IMG/VR virus record: IMGVR_UViG_3300013121_000029
Span: 133,595 to 197,594 of that record
Origin: a virus
Lineage: Duplodnaviria; Caudoviricetes
Length of the DNA: 64,000 nucleotides
Direction: 5' to 3' (one strand)
Every line of letters starts with the position of its first letter. Position 1 is the stretch's first letter. The notes beneath the pieces were generated by a model. That model saw nothing but the letters and a program-made list of their open reading frames with translations, was not told the DNA's origin and did no database searches. The position numbers and the translations under genes are program-made. Positions 53,244 to 64,000 of this stretch are shown piece by piece.

Positions 53244-54008
53244 ATGAGCAATAATCTTTCCAAACCTACCAAATTACCATATAGAAAATATCGTAAAACC
53301 AAACACCCTAGAACTGTAAAAAACAAACGACTTAGATTAGTGGTCCCCAAACCAGGTGGTCGTTGGCCATCGTATAATATTGCTAAGCAAATAGTAAGGG
53401 AGGTAGGATTAAAGTCAAGGTCGGAATATCATGCTTGGTGGAATTCGCATTACATACAATATATGCCATTACATCCTAATAGAACATATAAAGATCAATG
53501 GACGGGATGGAATGATTTTCTTGGTACTAAGAATAAATTTGGCAAAGAAGCAAATAATTGGCGACCATATTGGGATGCGGTACGATGGGTACAAGCAAGT
53601 GAATTTCGTACCTGGAGTGAATGGCGTAAGGGATATGATGAGGGTAAGGTGCCGAAGGACATTCCGAAATATCCTTATGCGGCGTATGATGAATATGATG
53701 TAAATGTATGGTTTGGGAAGACGATAATGCACAAATTGGAATTACATGATAGTAAGAAGATATATTGGTTATTAGTAAGGATGGAGGGTGAAGGGGACAA
53801 TGTTGTATGGTTTTTGAAGAGTGAGAGGTTATTGATTGAGGGGGGAGTGATATTGAGGAAGTGGGAGTATGAGGAGGAATTGGGTATTGAGATATGGGAG
53901 TTGATAGAGAGGATGAGTAGTGAAGGGTACGAGAAGGAACAGAGGATCTGTCCAAATATAGCTCAATTGATATATGAGATGGACAAGAGGTTATTAATAA
54001 TTAGGTAA
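53244..54008 (+). CDS. protein with two integrase-repeat-like (W..Y..A...V...S..EY..W...P..P...Y) units; probable DNA binding
   Basis: Internal repeat WPSYNIAK...MPLHPNRTYKDQWTGWNDFLG / WRPYWDAV...IPKYPYAAY; basic N-terminus. Confidence 0.6.
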   Translation: MSNNLSKPTKLPYRKYRKTKHPRTVKNKRLRLVVPKPGGRWPSYNIAKQIVREVGLKSRSEYHAWWNSHYIQYMPLHPNRTYKDQWTGWNDFLGTKNKFGKEANNWRPYWDAVRWVQASEFRTWSEWRKGYDEGKVPKDIPKYPYAAYDEYDVNVWFGKTIMHKLELHDSKKIYWLLVRMEGEGDNVVWFLKSERLLIEGGVILRKWEYEEELGIEIWELIERMSSEGYEKEQRICPNIAQLIYEMDKRLLIIR

Positions 54009-54109
54009 AGGTCTTCGTTGACCTGGTCTTAGTTGTCTAGGTATAATTTGTTTGTGAACAAAAAGAGGAGAAAGCAATCATCGTTAGATGATTTCCTTGT
54101 TAATTGATT

Positions 54110-54664
54110 TTACTTAGATGCGACAATAACTGCTGCTTTCTTATAGAAGATATGGTTACCGATTTGTGTAGTTATGTATTGTGGGTCGGCCCAAAGTGGA
54201 TTAACTTCAGTAGTATGGTAGAAGAGGGCTCCGTTTGTAGGGTCTTTCATTTTAGATTTAAAGTCTTTGATAGTTTGTTCTGCCAAGGTCTTTATTTGGT
54301 TATATGTAGATAGGTCTTTTAAAGGTAGGTGCATTTTACCTTTATACCAAGAGAATTGGTAAGGTTGTTTAACTACAGAACATATATCGTTAGGGTATTG
54401 AGAATTGGCTGTGCGATTGAGGGTAACCCAAGCGACTGCCTTTTGTCCTAATACTGTTTCAGATCTAGCCTCGTGATAGACGTTCAAGGCTAAGCATGTG
54501 AGCTAATTAGTAGGGGTAGTAGAGGCTCCAGCGGGTGGCATTTGGATGATAGTATTATCGGATTTAATTGCTTTATACATACCGAAGCCAGCGAATGCGA
54601 CGAGCATTGCGAACATGATACAATATGTTACAAGGATGATGCGATCGATTGTAGTAGGTTCCAT
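54110..54664 (-). CDS. SleB/Hydrolase_2 cell wall hydrolase with N-terminal membrane anchor; in-frame TAG at 54503-54505
   Basis: CLALNVYHEARSE, AVAWVTLNR, YQFSW, IGNHIFY; GAGGA RBS before ATG 54664, same frame. Confidence 0.8.
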
Positions 54665-54713
54665 TATAGGGTCCTCGTTTAGGTTAAATGTGTACTACTA
54701 GATTCACTTAGAT

Positions 54714-54742
54714 ATTATATAAGGGTATGAGGGGAAAGTCAA
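54714..54742 (-). promoter_or_regulatory. sigma70-type promoter for the hydrolase gene
   Basis: TTGACT-17 bp-TATAAT. Confidence 0.7.
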
Positions 54743-54751
54743 CGTGTTGTT

Positions 54752-54910
54752 CTAGAAGGCCCAGAGGAACCATTTATAGAGGCAATAGATACCGAGGATG
54801 AAGGGGATGAATTTGTGAAGGATTTTATATTGGAGGGAGTTGGAGGGGTCGGTGAGGGAGATGATGATGAGGTAGATGCCGAGGAAGAAGAGGAGCATTT
54901 GTGTTGACAT
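54752..54910 (-). CDS. small two-TM membrane protein (52 aa)
   Basis: AGGAG RBS; two hydrophobic segments. Confidence 0.55.
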   Translation of the reverse strand: MSTQMLLFFLGIYLIIISLTDPSNSLQYKILHKFIPFILGIYCLYKWFLWAF

Positions 54911-54973
54911 TGAAGGTCTCCTTATTGGTGTTATAGATAAAACGAAGAAAGGTCCATTTAAGGACCTTTCTTG

Positions 54974-55414
54974 TTAGAGGCCGAGATGTTTCTTAGCAAG
55001 TTGGTGATAGGTACTTGCACCTGCTTCAGACATTCCGGTCTTTTTCATGATGGCGAGGAGGATGGTTTTGCGAGGCAGGTTGGGATTTGCCTGTACGATA
55101 TCGATACACTGTTGGAGTTTGAAGGAAGGTTGGCCGTCTCCTTTTTTACGTTGGGAGCCCATAGGAGCGATAACGAAGGGTTTCTTTTCTTCGTAGAGGT
55201 CTTCCGGATCGGGTTCTTCGACTTCAGGTGCTTGACCATCGAGATAGAAGGTCTTATTAGTAATTTGAAGTGCTTCCACATCATCCTTTTGAACGGTAAG
55301 TTGCTCACCATTTCCAAGAACGAAGATGAGTTGGTTTTCGGTCCAAGATTCGAGACCTGCGATGATGGTCTCAACTTGGCCGTCTTTTTTGATTTTTGCG
55401 ATGGCTCGGTCCAT
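54974..55414 (-). CDS. HTH-like ASTYHQ-domain protein
   Basis: ANPNLPRK...MSEAGASTYHQLAK; terminator at 54947-54970. Confidence 0.75.
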   Translation of the reverse strand: MDRAIAKIKKDGQVETIIAGLESWTENQLIFVLGNGEQLTVQKDDVEALQITNKTFYLDGQAPEVEEPDPEDLYEEKKPFVIAPMGSQRKKGDGQPSFKLQQCIDIVQANPNLPRKTILLAIMKKTGMSEAGASTYHQLAKKHLGL

Positions 55415-55509
55415 ATTAAGGTCCTCATTGATTATCTTTATATATCATACTATGGTACATAAAGATAATCAAGAGGTGGTTTAATCCACCTCTTGATCAG
55501 GTCTTTCAA

Positions 55510-55866
55510 TTACGCGTTGGAAGCAGCGTCCTGGGAGGTTTCAGCCGCAACTTCCGTCGCACCAGCCGGCACTTCCGGAGTAGCAGCAGCGGTCAGGGCA
55601 GCCTTTTCCGCTTTCGCCTTCTTGGAGACGTACTTGTGATGCTTGTAACGGCCCTTGCCTTCGGCTTCCATCTTCAGCATCTGGTAGTACGATGCGGCAC
55701 AGTTCTTGGACAGCTTGTGATCAGTGACCATGATGTTCATGAACGTGGCACGCGGTTTGTCGAGACTGGCGCACTCTTTGAACACGCGAGCAGCAACATC
55801 GATTTTCTTTTCGGCAACAGCAACTTCGGTGGCAACAACTTCTTGGGTTTCGGTTTGCTCAGTCAT
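55510..55866 (-). CDS. HTH-like ASTY-family protein, GC-rich codons
   Basis: KPRATFMNIMV...LSKNCAASYYQ; AGGAG RBS; hairpin at 55468-55497. Confidence 0.75.
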   Translation of the reverse strand: MTEQTETQEVVATEVAVAEKKIDVAARVFKECASLDKPRATFMNIMVTDHKLSKNCAASYYQMLKMEAEGKGRYKHHKYVSKKAKAEKAALTAAATPEVPAGATEVAAETSQDAASNA

Positions 55867-56153
55867 TTTAGTTTCTCCTATGTTGAATGACGTTTACATT
55901 ATCACTTGACACATTGTTGAAATCAACTCTTTATTTTGTTACTCAAGTCAATCTCAAATAATGCATCAGTTGACGTCGATCATTATCATCTGGCACATTG
56001 TTGAAATCAACTCTCACAACATGTTCATTTTGAAATTGTTCGAAATGAGTGAAGTGATGAGGTGAAGTATAGACAGTTAAATGATGAAGACAAGAGAGGA
56101 GGAACAGGTAATGAATTATTTGTTGGTGATGTTGACACATTTTCTTCTTCTAT

Positions 56154-59100
56154 ATATAATGAGTCTACAAATTGAGGAAACGATTGACTATGAAAGAATT
56201 GGAAGAAGAATTGTCAATGATTCCTGAAGACAATTCCATGCATCATTGGAAGATTGACCAATGGAAGGAAATGTTTGATAAGATCAACCAAGACCAAATG
56301 GATAGGTGGGAAGAAGGACTGTATGTTCCTTATAATGATATGGAATTCTATTCGGAACAAGTATCCAATTTGTTCTCTTATGAAGGTGGTGTTGAACCAT
56401 CTCTTGATCAATGTTTGGATATTGCACAACATATGTTTGAGAAACAATTGATTGATGAAATATCAGATTTTGTGGTTCACTACAATAAACGTTGTAGGGA
56501 CGAGAATGATCCTGATTGTTCAATAAGGAATTATGGAACAGATAACGAAACAGTTCATGCTATTTTAAAGCAATTTATATTGATACCAGAATTGGTACAA
56601 CAAGTTATTAAGAAGCAGGAAGCACTTGCATCAAAAGAAGAGATGAAGGATAATGATGTCATCGTTAAGGGAGATTGAGAAATGAGTATTGTTTATGCCA
56701 TTAAGGTGGATCATATTGACGATGGTGTTAATTGTGAGCCTCCTTTTTATAATAAAAGGGAAGATGCTGTAAAGGAGCTAAAACAAGCAGTCTCCGAATA
56801 CATCAAGATGACAGAGGATGATGGAGGACAAGTGTTTGTTTCAACTATTGATACTGCCAATGCTTGTTGTATTGATATTCGATTTGCTCAAAATGGTGAT
56901 GTGATTGTGTCATACCAACTCGTTGTGTGCGAAGTTATTTAAGAGTATAATGATCACATCAATTAGAGGAGATTGAAATGAGTAAGGAATATGATCCTAC
57001 TGCACGACCGAAACTTGAACCGTTCTTTGCGTTCAAGAAAATTCACAACGAAAAAGTAAAACGTGATAAACAACGACTTGGCCAACGTTTCTGTAATATG
57101 TATTTGAAGGTTGCCAATCCAGACATGTTTTATGCCAAAGATATTGATGCTGCCATTTTGATTATGGATTGGTTGTACAAGCATCAATATTTTGATGAAT
57201 TGCCACCTTTGGTAGAGAGGGAGGTATGATGGAGATATTGAATTGGATATTCCAAGATATTTGGCATTTTCTTGGAGTATGTATCATATTGATGCTCATA
57301 TTTGGGAGATAAGTAATGGAAAAGTCAAAAGTATTATTTGTAACTGTAATGGTTCGATATAATGAAGACAACCTTGAGCAGGATGACATTGTAACTGCAA
57401 TTAAAGATTGTTTGAATGAGACCAACGATTGTACTGGATTAATCGAAGGTGCAAATATTGATATTACACATGTCATGGTAGATGCTGCCCAACAATCGAA
57501 ATAGAGTATAATGCTACCATCGAGAGGAGAGAATAAATGGTCAAGCCGATTAGTCCGCATGAATGTAAGAAAGAAGACTTTCTTCCTCCAGAGGTATTGG
57601 AAGCATTCAATGAATGTATCCAAAAACATTTCAACGGTCGTACTTCTCATTTCAAACGTGAAGAAGTAATGCAATTGATCATTACCAAATTTAATCGTGT
57701 GGAAATTGATCGTGCACATGTTTATAAAGAGAAATGGTTGGATGTAGAAGATATTTACCGTAGACAAGGATGGAATGTTGTATATGAGCAACCATCGTAT
57801 GGTGATAATGATTTTGAACCTTACTATGAATTCGAGGTGAAGAGATGAGTTTCGACAAACAAAGCAATGATGAAATGAGTATTCGGATGTTTGGTATGTC
57901 AATTGAGGAAATCGACAACCAAGTTACGGAATTCTGTAAAATGCCTTTTCGTAATGAGAAGGACTTGTGTGTGAGTATGTTGAGTGATGTCCAAGAACTC
58001 CTCAACATGGGTCACAAGGAAGAAGCAAGGAAGAAGATTAACATTGTAAAATACATTCTCACAAAAGATGATTGAGTGTATAATAGTCTCATTGATTAGG
58101 AGAGATAAATGAGTAAGATTACCAAACGTCCTACTAATGTTCAAGAATTGATGGAAGCCATTCGTACTATTACGGATGGCAAGAAAGGTACGTTTGAAGA
58201 TGCTCGATGGTATTGTGCAATGGACCAAGCGAAAATCATTTCTGAAAGTTACTCATGGAAGGATTTGGCTTATAGTATTATTGGTGGTATTAAGATGACC
58301 ACCGAAGAAGATGTTAATGAATTTCTTGCTTCTTTTGATTATGAAGAGGAAGATGAGGAGATACAACGAGAGGAAGACGAAAGGTTCATTGAGAACTTGA
58401 TTGAATTCTATTCATGATGAGTGTATAATAGTCTCATCAATTGGAGAGATAAATGAACATTCATCAACTTAACTTCCAAACCGTTAATAAGGCTCTTGGA
58501 TTTGATGATTCTGAACTTCACAAAGTTGTTCAATGCGATCATATGGGAAGTACTTCCAATACTTCCCTCTTCTACATCTCCTCCTATAATGACAAATATG
58601 GAGATGTGGACGCATATGTAATATGTGATGATAAGGGAGTTGTTTCTTATTATGACATGTCGAATAAAGTTGTATGTTATAAAGGTAAGGTGAGGGAAGA
58701 TTGGCTTCCTTGCACTTGCATTCCTTCAGAATTTCGGGAGGAATTGGATCAACTTATCAACGATTATTACTTTGAAAGTGGTGGAGTATCCTCTTTTTCT
58801 CGAGGTGGTAATAGGATTGGGAACAAAATTCTTACGGAAGATGACATTACGGCTGGAATTGAGCCGTTCTTGAAATTGTTGGAGAAGATGTACAATTTCA
58901 AAGGTTAGTTGTCTTAACACATTATCTTGATATAATGATCTCATCAATTGGAGAGAGATATGACTACTCGTTCTAGCGATGCCATGACTGTTCAGGATCT
59001 TTATGATGAACTGGAACGTCAAATCCATCTCGGTAATGGCAATCTTCCTGTGCATGTTGCCTACAATTATGGTGACTATTGGAAGACGAAGGTAGCAGTT

Positions 59101-62100
59101 GAGGTAGATAATCTTGAGGAGGCACAAATCGAATTCTCAGGTTATCATTCCATGTTCCGTCTGGCAAAGGATGATGTTGAGGACGAAGATAACTTGGTTC
59201 GGGCAGTAGTTATCAACTTCAACAACTTCTGTTGATCTGTACATCGTTTAAGTGTATAATGATCGCATCAAGAGGAGAGAAACGATGAACATTCAAGAAC
59301 GTATCTTCAATGCCTGTAACGATAACAATGTTCAATATCGTTCTTACAGTGGCCGAGCCATGTATGGTAAGAATTGTGTTGGTATTGTTGGTGGTATGAA
59401 GGAATGTCAACAAGTTGTTTCAGATGTAATTCAAACTGTTGTTGATGAACTGTTTGATGCTGCTGTTGATTGTACTGATGAAGATGTTAATCAAGTTTAC
59501 CAATTCCGTAGTGATGTTGCGGATCTTATCCAAACCATTACTCAATGGAAATCTGATAGTATGGGATTGGATGTAGTACTGTACTGGCCGGATGTGAAGT
59601 TTGACGATTCGTTCATTCCTGTCGAAGAAGATGAAGAGGAGGAAGCATGAAAATTACTCCTGAACAATATATGTACGCAAGGAAACGTTGGTATGGATCA
59701 TTGTCGTTGAATACATTGATTCTCACTATCATTGCTCCGATTATTAGTTTCTTGGCAATCATTGCCTGTATTGGACTGATGGTGATGGGAGTGATTGAAA
59801 CTAACACGATCTTGTTGACTATTGGATTGATCCTGGCAACAAGATGGCATCATAAGGATCTTGAGAGACGATTCAATTTGTATTTGCAACAATGTATTGC
59901 CTTGACTGAATTCTTTAAGACCCTTGATAAGTCAAATTTCAACTGAAAAGGTCTTCTTACAGTAGGGTCCTTTTTAGATATAGAGTATAATGATCGTATA
60001 AAGAGGAGAGATGATTCATGTTTCAATACAATCATCAACAATGTACTTCCATCGCTAATATCCTTAGTGAAGGAATGTGTGGAATTGGCATCTTCGATGA
60101 TGCTGATGAAATTGCATATTGGCAATTGAAGTCAGTGAAAGAAGGTGAGCGTTCGATTGAAAGTGTTCGTGAATGGGCAAATGATATTAAGGAAGCAGTG
60201 AAGTTCTTGAAGTTGATTCTGCCTAATGAGTATGGTACGATGAATGAGAATTTTATGATTGAAGAGGTAGAAGAACAATGGGCGGGGATGCAAGTTAAGT
60301 AATCTTCTCAGTCAACTATGACTGAACAGTCATTATCCAAGGTGGTAGTGACTGTATTTCTTTGTTTGGGAATTGGTAGTAATTATTGTTGACTACCAAT
60401 CGATTTCCCAATCGACGAGATCATCATAGAGTACCAACTTTTGTGTTACTAATGTTGTATGATCATTATTAAACGTGTATAATGATTGAACTAAAAGAGG
60501 AGATTTATATGGATCATGCAAAATTCCTGGAACTGCAACAGAAACATGGTGAGTTTTTGGTATATCAAGATAGTGAAGGATTTACTTTTACGATTGGTGA
60601 TATTGAGGATGAACAGGAATGTTTTGCTCTTCAAGACAAATATGGATATAATGGTGATTTTACCAAAGGTCCTTGTTTTTATATTGGATATGGTGATGAT
60701 TATTGTAATGCTGTTGTGGTTAAAAAATTGGAAGATATGACAAAGGAAGTTGAAGATTTTGTTGTGAAGAACATTGGTGTTAATTGTTATTGTGATGAAT
60801 TTGGAGAAGAGGAAGAATAATTAAATTGTGGACCATGGATGGTCCACTTGTCTTATATTAAAAATAATGTATAATGATCATATCAAGAGGAGAGATACGT
60901 ATGATGATTTTCCTTTACAAAAGTAAGAAAGAGTTGAAGGAGAATATTGGAAAGCCGTTGAAGTATCGTGAGACTTCGATATTCGGAAATCAATATACGG
61001 ATAATGGAACTCTCACTGGTTCCAATCGTCCTCAAATTACTGGTATCAAGGGACGTGAGTTCTTTGCCAATGTTACCATGAAAGATGGTAAAATCGAGAA
61101 GGTGAGTTAATCATGGCAAAGGTAATTGTAATCGATGGTGGTCCATCATTAGTTGATATTCAACCATTTACTTTTGAAAATTGTTTAAAATACATGAATC
61201 ATACTCCTATTCCTGAAGAGGATAAAGGAGGAGAAGATGCAACAGATGAAACCATCGATTACATGAACGGTAATGTTATTATTACTTTGTGTGATTTTGA
61301 TGGTTGTGCAAGGTATATTGTAGGAAGTGTTGAAGATTTCATCAAATAGTGTATAATAGTCTCATAACGAGGATATTAAACGATGATCAATTCCAGAATG
61401 CAAGCCAGAATCGATGCTTTGGTCAATGACATTGTTGTTGCATTGACTGAGGACTTTGAAACTACTCTTGAAGTGAAGAGAGAGATTCTTAAAGAAGTTC
61501 AGAAACAAGTCAACGAATTGAGAGTGGAAGAAGTTCACATGGTTGTGGACTAGCAAATCTCTTATCATTAGTGTATAATAGTCTCATCAAAAGGAGATAC
61601 ACAATGATTGATACACTCCCTTCTGTCAACTCTCTTCCTGTTGTAGAGACTCTGTATAAGAATACTACGATCGGTGCATTGGCACAAGTTATTGTTGTTA
61701 ATGCATGGGACGTGATTGATCATATCTATGGCCGAAATAATTGGGAAGATGCTGGTAACATTTTTAATGCATGGTGCAAGGAAAATCGAATCCAGTATTA
61801 TGGCAGTCCCAGGGAGAGTTTTGATTTGGATGAGGCATTCGAACTTGCTGTACAAAATGGCAATCCGTATTTGATTGTTGAAGATTTGAGTTAAGTAGAG
61901 TATAATGATCACATCAAAAGGAGAGATGTGTCATGTCAAAAACGTTTAGGAAGAAAGGATGGGATAAGGTAATCAACAATCCTGTTGCCAAACATAGTGA
62001 TATGGCAGGGTTGGCAGGACGTCATGCTGTTCGTACCAAGTATTCTCGTAAGACCAAACATAAAGGAGTAAGTGATGAATAATCCCATTCCATGTGACGA

Positions 62101-62656
62101 AGCGTTGGAGCGATTGAATCTCGCTCAACAGTCGTATGATCGTATCTATCGTGTGATGGAACAACACAACATTACTATGGACACAAATCCTTTGTTGTTC
62201 ATAGCACTTATAGAAGCAACAGATCCTCTTTGGAGGGCCATTAACAAAAGACTATCAGGTGAAGTTGATTGGCCAAGAAAAACATAGTATAATGATGTTC
62301 TCAATTAGAGGAGAGAGAGATAGATGATTAGTGAATTGTTGTTGAATGGAAAGATTCCTACTCGTGAAGAGTATGATCAATTCAAACAACTCCACCTCAA
62401 CGATATTCCCACCGATTTCAAAATTGGTGATACGTGGGAGTATGAAGAGAATATGGAGTGGGATGATTGTACCTTTACTTGGTCCAACGGTGATACGTTG
62501 AATTGGGCCGCATATTGGGGCATTTGGGAAATGAGGTCCTTCTTCAAGTTGAAAGAGCAATACCAACTTGAAATCATTAAGGATATGTTTGAATATATTG
62601 ATTATGAATGGGATAATCTTGTCGAAAGGTGGCAAGAACAGGAGAACGGTGACTAA
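56154..62656 (+). other. early-gene cassette region: about 20 small acidic hypothetical CDS (e.g. 56190-56678, 56682-56942, 56978-57229, 57537-57848, 58109-58417, 58453-58908, 59285-59650, 60018-60302, 61113-61349, 61383-61553, 62324-62656)
   Basis: Plus-strand ORFs, most with their own promoter and RBS. Confidence 0.7.
61933..62082 (+). CDS. small basic protein, ArfA-like C-terminal motif
   Basis: NPVAKH...AGRH...KYSRKTKHKG; own promoter and RBS. Confidence 0.55.
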   Translation: MSKTFRKKGWDKVINNPVAKHSDMAGLAGRHAVRTKYSRKTKHKGVSDE

Positions 62657-62686
62657 CCTCACCGTTTTTTAGCTTTTAAAATAAAC

Positions 62687-62717
62687 AAAAAAGGGTCCAA
62701 AAGGACCCTTTCTTTTA
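62687..62717. terminator. bidirectional terminator between convergent units
   Basis: AAAAAAGGGTCC-AAAA-GGACCCTTTCTTTT. Confidence 0.8.
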
Positions 62718-63099
62718 ACCATAATTATATTTGTCACTAGGACGTCGGTGGTCCTTTTTCTTATTCCGTTCATCACGGTCCCTACGATCACGTTCAAACT
62801 TATCACGTTTGTTCTGGTCTTTATAGGTCTTACCCATTGGTTTTTTCCTTCATTGCTTGTTTCCAACCTTGTTTAAAGTAGGAGAATGCCTTTAAGGTCT
62901 CCCAATCCTGATATTGACCTGCATCGGTCTTCTCAAGATTTAACTGGTCTTTATAGGTTTTTTCAAAGACCTCATGTAATCGGTCCATATATTTTCTCTC
63001 TTCTACATCTTCATTATACATCCCTCTTCTTTATAGATCAACTAAGGTCTTTAATTGGTCTATAAAGAAAAGGGACCTTTTTCAAGGTCCCATTCAACC

Positions 63100-63504
63100 T
63101 TACACCAGGTAGGGCTTGGCATTCTGGTGGTAGGTGCTTGCACCAGCTTCCGTCGCCATGATACCTTCACTCACGATCTTGGCAATCAGTTCCTTCCGCT
63201 TCAGACCAGGATTGGCCTTGCACAGTTCAACCACTCGTGCCAGTTTCGAACCAGGCTTCAGGGCCGGAAGTTTCTTGACCACTGTTGCCGTACCAGTCGG
63301 AGCCGCCGGAACTTCCGAAGTCGTACCGGAATTATCAATGACCTTGTCAGTCAACGGTTCCAGCAGATCTTCCTTGGACAGCGTCACTTCACCACCACTC
63401 GTCAGTTCCAGGACAATGTTATCATCGGTAACTTCCTTGACAACACCTTCCAGTTCAACGACATCGTTACCTTCCAGGATTTTCGCGATTTGTACCTTAC
63501 TCAT
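63100..63504 (-). CDS. HTH-like ASTYHQ-domain protein, GC-rich codons
   Basis: SKLARVVELCKANPGLKRKELI...EAGASTYHQNAK; terminator at 63067-63091. Confidence 0.75.
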   Translation of the reverse strand: MSKVQIAKILEGNDVVELEGVVKEVTDDNIVLELTSGGEVTLSKEDLLEPLTDKVIDNSGTTSEVPAAPTGTATVVKKLPALKPGSKLARVVELCKANPGLKRKELIAKIVSEGIMATEAGASTYHQNAKPYLV

Positions 63505-63747
63505 TTTGGATCTCCTATGTTGTTTGATTTAACTCTCTAACTTACTCGAACATTATCTTACATTTGAATCTGTACATCAACTACTTTCCAACTCTTTTCT
63601 ACCTTAGAATTGAGAAGTAGTTGTCCTCAATTCATACGTACATTATAGAGAGGAACTGTGATGAAGACAACTGAAAAAACATTGTTGGAAGAGATTGTCT
63701 TGGACATATGAATATTGTATAATGATCTCATCAAATGGAGAGAAAAG

Positions 63748-63984
63748 ATGTACAGTCATCGAATCGAACGACTCAAACCGTTTCTGGAAAACGATAGTGA
63801 TGGCATCTGGAACGTGAAAGATGGATTCATCATGATGTATGATGATCGACTGGTAATCAATATCGATACCAACGATGCCTACATTATGGTACCAGCTGAA
63901 CGTGATGATATTGAGTGTGTTGAACTTAATATCAAGAACGTGAAAGATATTCGAGTTTACCAGGAAGTGAAGTTGAATCCCTAA
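63748..63984 (+). CDS. hypothetical protein
   Basis: ATG after promoter/RBS cassette. Confidence 0.65.
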   Translation: MYSHRIERLKPFLENDSDGIWNVKDGFIMMYDDRLVINIDTNDAYIMVPAERDDIECVELNIKNVKDIRVYQEVKLNP

Positions 63985-64000
63985 ACGATCTGATGTATAA

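Larger units (their letters stand above)
56943..64000 (+). repeat. dispersed promoter-leader-RBS repeat GTATAAT(GATC/AGTC)NCATCAA..GAGGAGA
   Basis: Copies near 56943, 57504, 58076, 58421, 58931, 59252, 59984, 60476, 60868, 61349, 61571, 61898, 62287, 63716; reverse-complement copies (GACTATTATAC) throughout 2-48 kb. Confidence 0.85.

Noticed and set aside
54752-54910. Holin for the adjacent hydrolase
   Set aside because: Only hydrophobicity supports it, and a separate promoter lies between the two genes.
1-64000. Genome-wide TAG-to-Gln recoding (code 15)
   Set aside because: Many genes end cleanly at TAG right before the next promoter (57504, 58908, 61349, 62287); coding density is high under code 11; no CUA tRNA seen.
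56943-64000. CRISPR array or integron attC repeats
   Set aside because: Repeats are degenerate, non-palindromic promoter/RBS units separated by whole genes; no cas or integrase.

Overview
AT-rich 64-kb segment of a large (probably jumbo) T4-like dsDNA phage. It contains no capsid or replication core genes. Genes from 1 to about 53 kb run mostly on the minus strand and genes from about 56 kb mostly on the plus strand. A sharp GC-skew inversion at about 53.3 kb suggests a replication origin. Main contents: (i) Ter-type stress genes (vWA, TelA) and many small hypothetical early genes, each with a repeated sigma70-type TATAAT-leader-GAGGAG cassette. (ii) A 17.4-35.3 kb RNA-gene region with 13 tRNA genes, several with unusual architecture: long variable arms, a 43-nt anticodon insert, a tRNA-Asn inside a 24-bp stem, and an Azoarcus-type group I intron in tRNA-Ile(CAU). 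This region also holds several unannotated structured ncRNAs and free-standing endonucleases. (iii) Auxiliary enzymes: CCA-adding enzyme, HD (p)ppGpp hydrolase, radical SAM, SprT protease, SleB-like hydrolase with an in-frame TAG. (iv) A family of late-promoter (TAAATA) genes with an N-terminal MKLxELLE capsid-targeting-like peptide, including a tandem array of eight divergent ~213-aa paralogs plus a collapsed ninth copy, which are candidate virion-packaged effectors. All calls come from reading the sequence by eye; no database search was run.
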